Below are positions 54,920 through 64,000 of a stretch of 64,000 bases of DNA, in pieces. Both the position numbers and the translations under genes were made by a program. Position 1 is the stretch's first letter; each line of letters starts with the position of its first letter. The notes beneath the pieces were generated by a model. It had not been told where the DNA came from and made no database searches. It saw nothing but the letters and a program-made list of their open reading frames with translations. The stretch is from a bacterium. Its GTDB lineage: Bacteria > UBA8248. The stretch spans positions 64,001-128,000 of the forward strand of contig CBDATS010000005.1 of the NCBI GenBank assembly GCA_965200245.1. Direction: 5' to 3'.

Positions 54920-55762
54920 CTAAAGAACCACCTCGGCGTGGCGATGCGCGTGACATTCCACGTTGATACAGATCGGCAACGCACCGATGTGGCAGGCGTA
55001 GGTTTCGACGTGCACGGCGATGCAGGTGGTATCCCCACCCATACCCATTGGCCCCACGCCGGTCCTGTTCACTGCCTCCAGAATTTCACGTTCGAGCTCG
55101 GCCACGAGCGGGTCGGGGTTGGGCTCGCCCAGTTCGCGGAAAAGCGCCCATTTCGCCTGTAGAGCCGCCTTCTCTATCGAGCCGCCCAGACCGACGCCCA
55201 ACAGAACCGGCGGACACGGATTACCGCCCGAATGGAAAACATGTTCGACGATGGTGCGTATGACACCCTCTCTGCCGTCCGAGGGCTTGAGCATGCGCGC
55301 CATGCTCATGTTCTCCGCCCCTGTTCCCTTGGCTGCGAAATAGAGTTTGAGCCTATCGCCCTCGACGACGAGGTAGTGGATCACAGCAGGCGTATTATCT
55401 TTCGTGTTTACGCGCCGGAGTGGGTCGTTGACCACCGAGCCTCGCAGATAGCCGTCCCGATAGCCCTGGCGTATACCCTCGTTGATGGCGTCCTCCAGAA
55501 GCCCGCCCTCTATACGGATATCCTGGCCCACCTCGGCAAAGACGATGGAAACGCCCGTGTCCTGACAGTAAGGTACGCGCTCGGCCGACGCGAGGGCAGC
55601 GTTTTCAGTGATTTGATCCAGCACCATCAGGCCCAGGGACGACGTTTCACCAGCCTTCGCCTCTTCCACTTTGCGCACATAGGCGGGATCTACGTGATAG
55701 TTCGACTCGATGGCCATTTCGCGAATCCTAGCCGTAACCTCACTTGCGTCTATTTTTCGCAT
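54920..55762 (-). CDS. Fe-S fumarate/tartrate hydro-lyase alpha subunit
   Basis: CQDTG, NT.DN.P, KG.G.EN, PCPP, G.GPMG.GG, CHA.RH; between mdh and sucC, so probably fumarase. Confidence 0.92.
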   Translation of the reverse strand: MRKIDASEVTARIREMAIESNYHVDPAYVRKVEEAKAGETSSLGLMVLDQITENAALASAERVPYCQDTGVSIVFAEVGQDIRIEGGLLEDAINEGIRQGYRDGYLRGSVVNDPLRRVNTKDNTPAVIHYLVVEGDRLKLYFAAKGTGAENMSMARMLKPSDGREGVIRTIVEHVFHSGGNPCPPVLLGVGLGGSIEKAALQAKWALFRELGEPNPDPLVAELEREILEAVNRTGVGPMGMGGDTTCIAVHVETYACHIGALPICINVECHAHRHAEVVL

Positions 55763-55802
55763 GGCCCATCCGTCCGTCGCGCACCGTCTACAAATGGCTC
55801 GT

Positions 55803-56744
<942 letters not shown>

Positions 56745-56754
56745 TCAGCCGTGA

Positions 56755-58005
56755 CTACATGTTATTGACGATGGCTTTCCCGAAACCAGAACAGGAGAGC
56801 TTTTTGGCGCCCTTCATCTGGCGGTGCAGGTCGTAGGTGACCGTCTTTTTCTGAATCGCGCCTTCGATGCCCTTGACGATCATCTTCGCCGCCTTCTGCC
56901 AGCCCATGTCCTCAAGCATCATGACTGCCGAAAGGATGAGGCTGCTTGGGTTCACCATGTCCTTGCCCGCGTACTTGGGTGCTGTGCCGTGGGTGGGCTC
57001 GTAGAAGTGAATCCTGTCGCCGATGTTCGCGCCCGGCGCCATGCCGAGGCCGCCCACCTGGCCGGCAATGGCGTCCGAGAGATAATCGCCATTCAGGTTG
57101 GTGCAGGCGAGCACCTGGTATTCACGCTGGCGGGTGAGCACCTGCTGGAAGATGTTGTCGGCGATGCGGTCGTTCACCAAAATCTTGTCCTTAGGCATCT
57201 TGCCGTTATACTTCTTGCTCCAGAGTTCTTCTTCCGTAACGATGTATTTTCTGTATTTCTTCTTGAGAAAGGCGTAACCCCAGTCCTTGAAGGAGCCCTC
57301 GGTGTATTTCTGCACGTTTCCCTTGTGAACGAGCGTGAGCACCTTCTTCTTCTGGGCAATGGCGTAGTCGATAGCCTTCTTGACGATGCGTTCGCTGCCG
57401 AAAACGGAGATCGGCTTGACGCCGATGCCGCTGTCCTCCCTGACGTTGCAGCCCATCTCGGTGTTCAGAAAGTCGATCATCTTCTTCGCTCCGTCAGAAT
57501 TCAACTCCCACTCGATGCCAGCGTAGACATCCTCTGTGTTCTCGCGGAAGATGCACATGTCCACCCACTCGGGATGTACCATCGGCGAGGGAACACCCTT
57601 GAAGTAACGCACCGGGCGGACGCAGGCGAACAGGTCGTTCATCTGACGAAAGGCGACGTTCAAGCTCCTGAACCCACCGCCTATAGGCGTATAGAGAGGA
57701 CCCTTGATGGCGAAATAGCAGTGGCGAATCGCCTTCATGGTCTCTTCGGGTATTAGTTCACCATAAGTCTCCATGGCGTCCTCGCCCGCCATAACGCGGA
57801 ACCATTCGATGCGCCTTTTACCCCGGAACGCCTTCTCCACAGCGGTGTCGACCACTTCCATCATCACAGGTGTGATGTCCACGCCGATGCCATCGCCCCG
57901 GACGTAGCAGACGATGGGATCGTCAGGTATCCGGGGCTTGCTGCCCCTAAAGGAAATGCGCGTTCCCTGCTTCGGTGCCTCGAGTTTGTCGAATTTAATT
58001 CTCAT
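56755..58005 (-). CDS. icd: Isocitrate dehydrogenase (NADP type)
   Basis: GDGIG, TP.GGG.RSLNV..RQ, RENTED.YAG, HKGN, NLNGDY.SD, HGTAPKY, TYDL.R. Confidence 0.95.
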   Translation of the reverse strand: MRIKFDKLEAPKQGTRISFRGSKPRIPDDPIVCYVRGDGIGVDITPVMMEVVDTAVEKAFRGKRRIEWFRVMAGEDAMETYGELIPEETMKAIRHCYFAIKGPLYTPIGGGFRSLNVAFRQMNDLFACVRPVRYFKGVPSPMVHPEWVDMCIFRENTEDVYAGIEWELNSDGAKKMIDFLNTEMGCNVREDSGIGVKPISVFGSERIVKKAIDYAIAQKKKVLTLVHKGNVQKYTEGSFKDWGYAFLKKKYRKYIVTEEELWSKKYNGKMPKDKILVNDRIADNIFQQVLTRQREYQVLACTNLNGDYLSDAIAGQVGGLGMAPGANIGDRIHFYEPTHGTAPKYAGKDMVNPSSLILSAVMMLEDMGWQKAAKMIVKGIEGAIQKKTVTYDLHRQMKGAKKLSCSGFGKAIVNNM

Positions 58006-58440
58006 TCACTGCTCCCCTTCAGTTTCGCCATTTCGGATGCGATTGAAACAGAATATCGGTTGTGCACCAGGATGGAATCCACAAGACAGTCCCGGAAGAA
58101 TTTTCCGAGGCACGAATCGTCCACGGTGCTTTCAAACGAACCTTATCGCCCCCTCCATATCACGTCCCCCGCTCCGACGCCAGCCCGAAGGAAAAAGAAT
58201 TTCTCAACTCTCCGGGACCGGGATTCGGCTGGTGCTTCGGGAGCGATTCTGTTACGGTAAGAGCAATTTTCAAGTGACGCGAAGCACACCGGAAAGGTGC
58301 GAACTTCGATACAATCAGATAAATTCACGATGCGATTCGATAAATTTCTGAAGGAATGACAAGGCTCGCAATACCGGGAACGCTCTTATACAACTCATTC
58401 CAAGTCGAGCAGCTATTCTCCCCCCGCCGCGCGGTTTCCC

Positions 58441-59256
58441 ATGACACATCGCAAAAGACCAAAACTCGGCCAGCACTTCTTGCACGAAAAGAGGTATTTA
58501 TCGGAAATTATTGATTTATCGGAAATTACTTCCGGAGAGACTGTACTCGAAATCGGCGTTGGCGAGGGCGCCCTCACACGGTACCTCCTCGACGCCGGCG
58601 CAAAAGTTATCGGCGTCGAAATCGACGACACCCTCATTCCGAACCTCAAGAAACTGGAAGATGCGCATGAACAATTTCACCTGATTCACTGCGACGCTCT
58701 CGCAATCGATTACGACACCCTACCTGAAAAGATGAAACTGGTAGCGAACCTTCCCTACCAGTCCGCTTCGGCGATAATCTCGCAACTCACTGAAATGGTT
58801 GAACGGTTTCCCCTCATGGTATTTATGGTCCAGCGTGAAGTGGGCGAAAGGCTTTGCGCCATACCTGGCAGCAAGGATTATGGATCATTCACTCTTTGGG
58901 TGGGACATCGCTATCTGGCGAGGCTGTGCCAAGTGGTACCCCCCGGCGCATTTCGGCCACCACCAAAGGTTGATTCCGCGATTATCCGTCTGCGAGCGAG
59001 GGAAAAGCCCCACGTAGAAGTTGGTGACGAGAAACTCTACTTCCGTATTATCCAAACTGCTTTTGCCCACCGCAGGAAGACATTGTTCAACAATCTCAAA
59101 TCATTGAATCTAGGTGAATTCGAAGGTAAAAAGAGCTTCTCCTCAAATCCCGAAGCCTTGCATGCCCTTTTCGAAAAAGCAGGTATCGAACCCAATCGGC
59201 GAGCCGAGACTCTGGATGCTCGCGAATTTGCGAGAATCGCCCGTTCCATGGAATAG
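58441..59256 (+). CDS. rsmA: 16S rRNA dimethyladenosine transferase
   Basis: GQHFL, EIG.G.GALT, ANLPY, M.QREV.ER, F.PPPKVDS, RRKTL.N, RAETL. Confidence 0.96.
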   Translation: MTHRKRPKLGQHFLHEKRYLSEIIDLSEITSGETVLEIGVGEGALTRYLLDAGAKVIGVEIDDTLIPNLKKLEDAHEQFHLIHCDALAIDYDTLPEKMKLVANLPYQSASAIISQLTEMVERFPLMVFMVQREVGERLCAIPGSKDYGSFTLWVGHRYLARLCQVVPPGAFRPPPKVDSAIIRLRAREKPHVEVGDEKLYFRIIQTAFAHRRKTLFNNLKSLNLGEFEGKKSFSSNPEALHALFEKAGIEPNRRAETLDAREFARIARSME

Positions 59257-59283
59257 TTCACGAGAAACCAGCGGGCTTTGCCA

Positions 59284-60163
59284 ATGAAAATCCTGATTTA
59301 CCGAATGGGGGCATTCGGGGACACACTGCTTTTGGCTTTACTGTGCAAACAGTTACGCAACCACTACGAAAGTGCTCAAATCACCTTGGCTGCAAACCCC
59401 AATTACGCAGCCCCGCTACTCGACTCGGGCTTGATCCACGAAATTCTCAACGGTGGGTCCCCTCCTTTCCATCTCATGTACAACGAGCCATCACTTGAAA
59501 ACGACGCACTTTCTCAAATCATTGGACACTATAGCATGTGCATGTTCTACACTTCGGACATTTCCGGTGAATTCACCAGGCGACTGCATTCAAGCAAGTT
59601 GGATAACTGCCTTATCCACCCGCCTCTTCCCCCCGCTTCGGAAGCAATTCACACATCCGAATGGATGATGCGTCCATGGAAATCCCTGGATGCAGGTGAT
59701 TTCAAAAAAATCACACTGAAACCTTCACAAAACAATCTGCTTTCAGCGAATAAGGTATTGAATGAGCACGGCATTACGGATGTTTTTTTCTCTATTCATT
59801 CTGGTGGCGGGGGAAAGAAAAAAATGGGTTCCCCATCAAATTCTCGCCAGGCACGTACAAAGGCATGTCGATAGAACAGGCCAGAAACCCGTGCTGCTGG
59901 AAGGGCCTGCGGATTCACTGGCCAGTGAGAGATTTCAAAGGTTTTGGACTGGGTCCATCACTATTGTACGGGATACTACCCCAAAAACCTTAAGCGCTAT
60001 TCTTTCAAAGTCATCCGCATATTTTGGAGGGGATTCCGGTGTTTCCCACCTTGCATCTCTTTATGCGCCGCGCACAACGATATTGTATGGCCCCGATTCC
60101 GACATGCGGGTCTGGCATCCCATAGGCTCTCACACGTGTTGTATTCGATGGGAAACCATATGA
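59284..60163 (+). pseudogene. Glycosyltransferase family 9 (heptosyltransferase-like), frameshifted at an A7 tract
   Basis: N-half RMGAFGDTLL; C-half GGDSGVSHLA...LYGP...W.P; removing one A from 59818-59824 joins them as HSGGGGKKKWVP. Confidence 0.8.
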
Positions 60164-60234
60164 CCAATCAGGTATCTGTCTGTACACTTTGAAGCAGATT
60201 TTGCCGAACAGGCTCAAAGCCGACGAAACAAACA

Positions 60235-60963
60235 TCAGCTAATCAGGTTGGCCAATCTCTCCCATCGCGGCGAACCCGAATTTCCATCCCAGGACCAATA
60301 AATCATGAAAGCGGCTCCACGGATTTTATCGTCCCAACACGGCGCAGACCATATGGAACAGGGAAAGGGAAGTCCGAAAACATATCCCGCAAAACGAATC
60401 GGGATATGGTCTACGTGTTCGCCCATTTTCAAAAAACCCCAGTACCGGCTGTCCTGACTATTGTTTCGATTATCGCCCAGCATAAACAGATGCCCCGGCG
60501 GAACCCTTTCGGGCCCCCATTTAATCTCGAAACTGACAGCAGCCTCACTCGGTTCAAAGCGTGCATATTTTTCATCCAGCGGCACACACTTTTCCGGCGT
60601 ATTCGGCGTGGCACAATTGACATAGACTCTTTTTCCTCGAATCATCACCTCCTCACCCGGCAAAGCAACAACCCGTTTGATGAAATCCCGTCGCTCGTCC
60701 TTGGGGAACCTGAACACGATAATGTCCCCGCGCTTGGGCTCACGGAACCAATATATGAATTTATTGACGAGTATGTGGTCTCCGACAAGGAGAGTGTTTT
60801 CCATCGATCCCGAAGGAATCTTGAATGCTTGCACCACAAAAGTACGTACAAACATGGCCAACAACAAAGCGATGATGATCGCTTCAGTATATTCACGAAA
60901 AGTTGATTTGGACTTGCGCCTGCGTTTCGCGCTATCGTCCGTTATCAAGCTGATTTCTGACAC
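60235..60963 (-). CDS. lepB: Signal peptidase I
   Basis: IPSGSM, GD.I.V.K, FIKRV..PG, GDNRNNS.DSRYWG; follows lepA. Confidence 0.95.
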   Translation of the reverse strand: MSEISLITDDSAKRRRKSKSTFREYTEAIIIALLLAMFVRTFVVQAFKIPSGSMENTLLVGDHILVNKFIYWFREPKRGDIIVFRFPKDERRDFIKRVVALPGEEVMIRGKRVYVNCATPNTPEKCVPLDEKYARFEPSEAAVSFEIKWGPERVPPGHLFMLGDNRNNSQDSRYWGFLKMGEHVDHIPIRFAGYVFGLPFPCSIWSAPCWDDKIRGAAFMIYWSWDGNSGSPRWERLANLIS

Positions 60964-60965
60964 GT

Positions 60966-62768
60966 TTACTCCTTGCCTACATCCAACACAGCCATAAAGG
61001 CTTCTTGCGGTACTTCGACGGTACCGATGTTTTTCATCCGTTTTTTTCCTTCACGTTGCTTTTCCAGCAACTTCCGTTTCCGCGTGATATCACCACCATA
61101 ACATTTCGCGGTCACATCTTTTCTCAACGCCCGTATTGTCTCGCGCGCAATTATCCGGCTTCCAATCGCAGCCTGTATGATGACTTCAAACATTTGCCTT
61201 GGAATGATTTCTTTCATTTTCTGGACCAACGCCCGACCATGATAATACGCTTTCTCTTTGTGAATGATCGTCGAAAATGGGTCAATCTGCTGCCCGTTGA
61301 GAAGAATATCCAGCTTTACGACTTCCGCTGAACGATAATCCAGATGTTCATAATCGAAACTCGCGTATCCACGAGATACTGACTTTAATTTATCGTAGAA
61401 ATCAAAAAGAATTTCACTGAATGGCAGTTCGTAGACGATTTGAACCGTCGTTGTATCGATATATTCCATGGAGCGCTGAATGCCACGTTTCTCCTGTGCC
61501 AGTTTCAGAACAGCACCCACATATTCCGAGGGCACAAGAATCGTCCCCAAAATAAAAGGCTCTTCGATCGCCTCAATTCTCGATAGTTCAGGCAGTTTCG
61601 CAGGACTATCGATTTCTACTACCGTCGCATCACTCAGCAGGACTCGAAAAATCACTGTCGGGGCCGTGATTATGAGTGTCAGGTCATATTCACGCTCCAG
61701 TCTCTCGCGAATGATTTCCATATGGAGGAGACCCAGGAATCCACACCTGAAACCAAACCCAAGAGCAACAGAGGTTTCCGGCTCATATGTAAAGGCCGAA
61801 TCGTTCAGTCTGAGTTTCTCAAGTGCTGTCCGTAAATCTTCATACTCGGCACTGTCTGCCGCGTACAAGCCGCTGAATACCATCGCTTTCGGTTCCTGAA
61901 AGCCTTGTATAGCATTAAGTGCAGGATTTCTTGCGAGTGTAATCGTGTCACCAACACGGGTATCGCTCACCTCCCGAATCGAAGCAGACAAGATTCCTAC
62001 TTCGCCTGGTCCCAGTTCTTCCAGTTTGATTTCATGAGGCGTAAACGCGCTTAAACTCAAAATCTGATATTCCTTGCCAGTCGACATGAACCGAACGATA
62101 TCGCCTTTGCGTATGGTTCCCTCGAAAATCCGGAACAATGGAATCGCACCCTTGTAAGAATCATACCAGGAATCAATCACCAGCCCCTGGACGGAGCCTT
62201 GTGGCTCTCCGCTGGGAGGCGGAATGCGCTCAACGATTGCTTCAAGCAGCGAATCTACCCCTTCACCTTGTTTGGCACTGACCAAAAGGCACTCATCCCC
62301 ATCAATTCCGATGATATCTTCCATTTGCTTCATTACGCGCTCGGGGTCTGCTGCTGGCAAATCGATTTTGTTGATCACAGGGATAAAGGCCAAATCCTGT
62401 TCCAGGGCAAGGTATGCATTCGCCATTGTTTGTGCCTGGATCCCCTGAGTCGCATCGACCAGCAGCAATGCACCCTCGCATGCCTGGAGGCTTCTCGAAA
62501 CTTCATAATTGAAATCCACATGCCCCGGCGTATCTATGAGGTTAAACACATATTCCTCGCCTTGGGCCGATTTATATGAGAGTCGAACAGTAGCCGCCTT
62601 GATGGTGATCCCCCGCTCCTGTTCCAGTGCCATGGAATCCAAAACCTGAGAAGACATTTCACGCTTTGAAAGCGCCCCTGTCATTTCCAGTATCCGATCC
62701 GCCAACGTGGATTTTCCATGGTCGATGTGTGCGATTATTGAAAAATTTCTGATCCGATCGATTTTCAC
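60966..62768 (-). CDS. lepA: Elongation factor 4 (LepA)
   Basis: [51 protein letters not shown]. Confidence 0.97.
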   Translation of the reverse strand: MKIDRIRNFSIIAHIDHGKSTLADRILEMTGALSKREMSSQVLDSMALEQERGITIKAATVRLSYKSAQGEEYVFNLIDTPGHVDFNYEVSRSLQACEGALLLVDATQGIQAQTMANAYLALEQDLAFIPVINKIDLPAADPERVMKQMEDIIGIDGDECLLVSAKQGEGVDSLLEAIVERIPPPSGEPQGSVQGLVIDSWYDSYKGAIPLFRIFEGTIRKGDIVRFMSTGKEYQILSLSAFTPHEIKLEELGPGEVGILSASIREVSDTRVGDTITLARNPALNAIQGFQEPKAMVFSGLYAADSAEYEDLRTALEKLRLNDSAFTYEPETSVALGFGFRCGFLGLLHMEIIRERLEREYDLTLIITAPTVIFRVLLSDATVVEIDSPAKLPELSRIEAIEEPFILGTILVPSEYVGAVLKLAQEKRGIQRSMEYIDTTTVQIVYELPFSEILFDFYDKLKSVSRGYASFDYEHLDYRSAEVVKLDILLNGQQIDPFSTIIHKEKAYYHGRALVQKMKEIIPRQMFEVIIQAAIGSRIIARETIRALRKDVTAKCYGGDITRKRKLLEKQREGKKRMKNIGTVEVPQEAFMAVLDVGKE

Positions 62769-63048
62769 AGTTAGAAGAGATCTCTATGGGAAGGCGAATA
62801 GCGTGAATGCGGGAACCGATTTCGTCTAGCTGAACATCTCCTGGCTGTTCTTCGATTCCCGAACGTATTACATAAGCGAAACCACAAGTTTACCAAATTC
62901 CCCCGCTCTCAGGCGATTACGCTATAGCAAACTTGTCCGACCTTGGTCAAATTGATTGCTCCAGTAAATACACGATGCTAGCATATGCAAAGTAAGGTGT
63001 TTCAGCCGTTTATGCGTATTTAGACCCAATGACTAGGGTACTTTTGCT

Positions 63049-64000
63049 ATGCGCTACCGCTGTTTGCATGTTCCCGTCTGCTTTGTTTTCCTGTTTTTTG
63101 GCCTCACATGCGTCTCCCCGATGTCGACGGCAACACCGAATCCATTTGGTAGTCGCCTGATCATCGATGCCGCCAAGAAACTACAACCTTCGGTTGTACA
63201 GATCCGCGTACAAACAAAAGGCATCGGAAGCAATCCATTGCTCGATCTATTCGGCAGAGGCCGCCAAAAGGACAATCCCCCGAAATTTGATCAGGGTGAT
63301 GCGCCCTTTGACGGCCACTACAACGTAGGTTCCGGAATCATTGTCTCACAGGAAGGTCATATCCTAACGAACCATCATGTTATCAAGAATGCGAACAAGA
63401 TTATGGTCAAACTCCATGGAGGGGAGGACCATTCGGCCCATTTGCTGGGAGTAGATGACAAAACGGATCTTGCCTTGCTGAAAATAAAACCGACTCGCAC
63501 GCTCCAGGAAGCATCCCTCGGAGATTCCGATAAAGTTGAAGTCGGTCAGTGGGTTATAGCGATTGGCAGCCCATTCGGCCTGGCGAATTCGGTGTCGGTA
63601 GGAATTATCAGTGCCAAGGGCCGCGACTTGAAAGAAGGGCCTCTCGATGAATTTCTCCAGACAGACGCATCGATCAACCCTGGCAACTCCGGTGGCCCGC
63701 TCGCCAATATGCAAGGTGTTGTAATCGGTGTGAACACAGCGATCTTTGCCAGCGAATCGCGCAAATGGAGTTTAGGCATCGGTTTCGCCATTCCGATTAA
63801 TCAGGCCAAAGCCGTTATCGATTCCCTGCGCCATAAGGGCTATCCGGTTCGAGGCCGCTTGGGTGCGTCCATATCCGCAGTCCCAAGACAAGAAGGGAAA
63901 AGCCTGGGCCTCTCGCGCTTTGAGGGTGCCAAACTGACACAGGTCACCCGTGGCGGCCCCGCGCATCGTGCAGGCTTGCGAAGAGGAGATGTAGTAGTCG
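63049..64000 (+). CDS. HtrA/DegP-family serine protease, 3'-truncated (absent from the ORF track)
   Basis: Hand translation: signal-like N-terminus, GSGIIV...ILTNHHVI, TDLALLK, QTDASINPGNSGGPL, GIGFAIP, start of a PDZ domain. Confidence 0.93.
   Translation, partial: MRYRCLHVPVCFVFLFFGLTCVSPMSTATPNPFGSRLIIDAAKKLQPSVVQIRVQTKGIGSNPLLDLFGRGRQKDNPPKFDQGDAPFDGHYNVGSGIIVSQEGHILTNHHVIKNANKIMVKLHGGEDHSAHLLGVDDKTDLALLKIKPTRTLQEASLGDSDKVEVGQWVIAIGSPFGLANSVSVGIISAKGRDLKEGPLDEFLQTDASINPGNSGGPLANMQGVVIGVNTAIFASESRKWSLGIGFAIPINQAKAVIDSLRHKGYPVRGRLGASISAVPRQEGKSLGLSRFEGAKLTQVTRGGPAHRAGLRRGDVVV

Noticed and set aside
58006-58440. Hairpin (CGAAG...CTTCG near 58280-58308) and short ORFs in the icd/rsmA gap
   Set aside because: No match to an RNA family I recognise; the ORFs lack RBS and motifs; likely a divergent promoter region

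Overview
Bacterial chromosome segment from a Gram-negative organism (LptD, BamD, LPS enzymes), almost all housekeeping genes. Gene order and protein style suggest a Nitrospinota/Tectomicrobia- or deltaproteobacteria-like lineage; this is an inference, not tested. Plus strand 1-22.7 kb: ilvB, two ilvN copies, psd-pssA, lptD, ugd-uxs-gmhA, an MBL hydrolase, purB-C-S-Q-L-F, mltD, bamD, a group-2-type sigma factor, pgsA, plsY. The 22.7-58 kb stretch is mostly minus strand. In transcription order it holds icd-mdh-fum(alpha/beta)-sucCD-ndk-SDR-uvrA-truA, trpEGDC, a small decayed accessory island (38-42.7 kb), pheA-hisC-tyrA-cmk-rpsA-ihfB-macro-miaA-aroK-aroC, an AspDH-like and hydroxyacid dehydrogenase pair, ilvE, tRNA-Leu(CAA) and a DegT aminotransferase. 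The end of the window has rsmA, a frameshifted GT9, lepB, lepA and a truncated degP-like gene. I found no CRISPR array, prophage or intact mobile element, and no large novel system that I can support. The best second-look items are: an unannotated ribosome-dependent trp attenuator with a W-P-W leader and 1:2, 2:3 and 3:4 hairpins; two divergent, translationally coupled AHAS regulatory subunits; an A7 frameshift in a heptosyltransferase-like gene; and remnants of R-M, IS-associated and helical-repeat genes in the island. Start codons were adjusted by eye from RBS and overlap context where noted.
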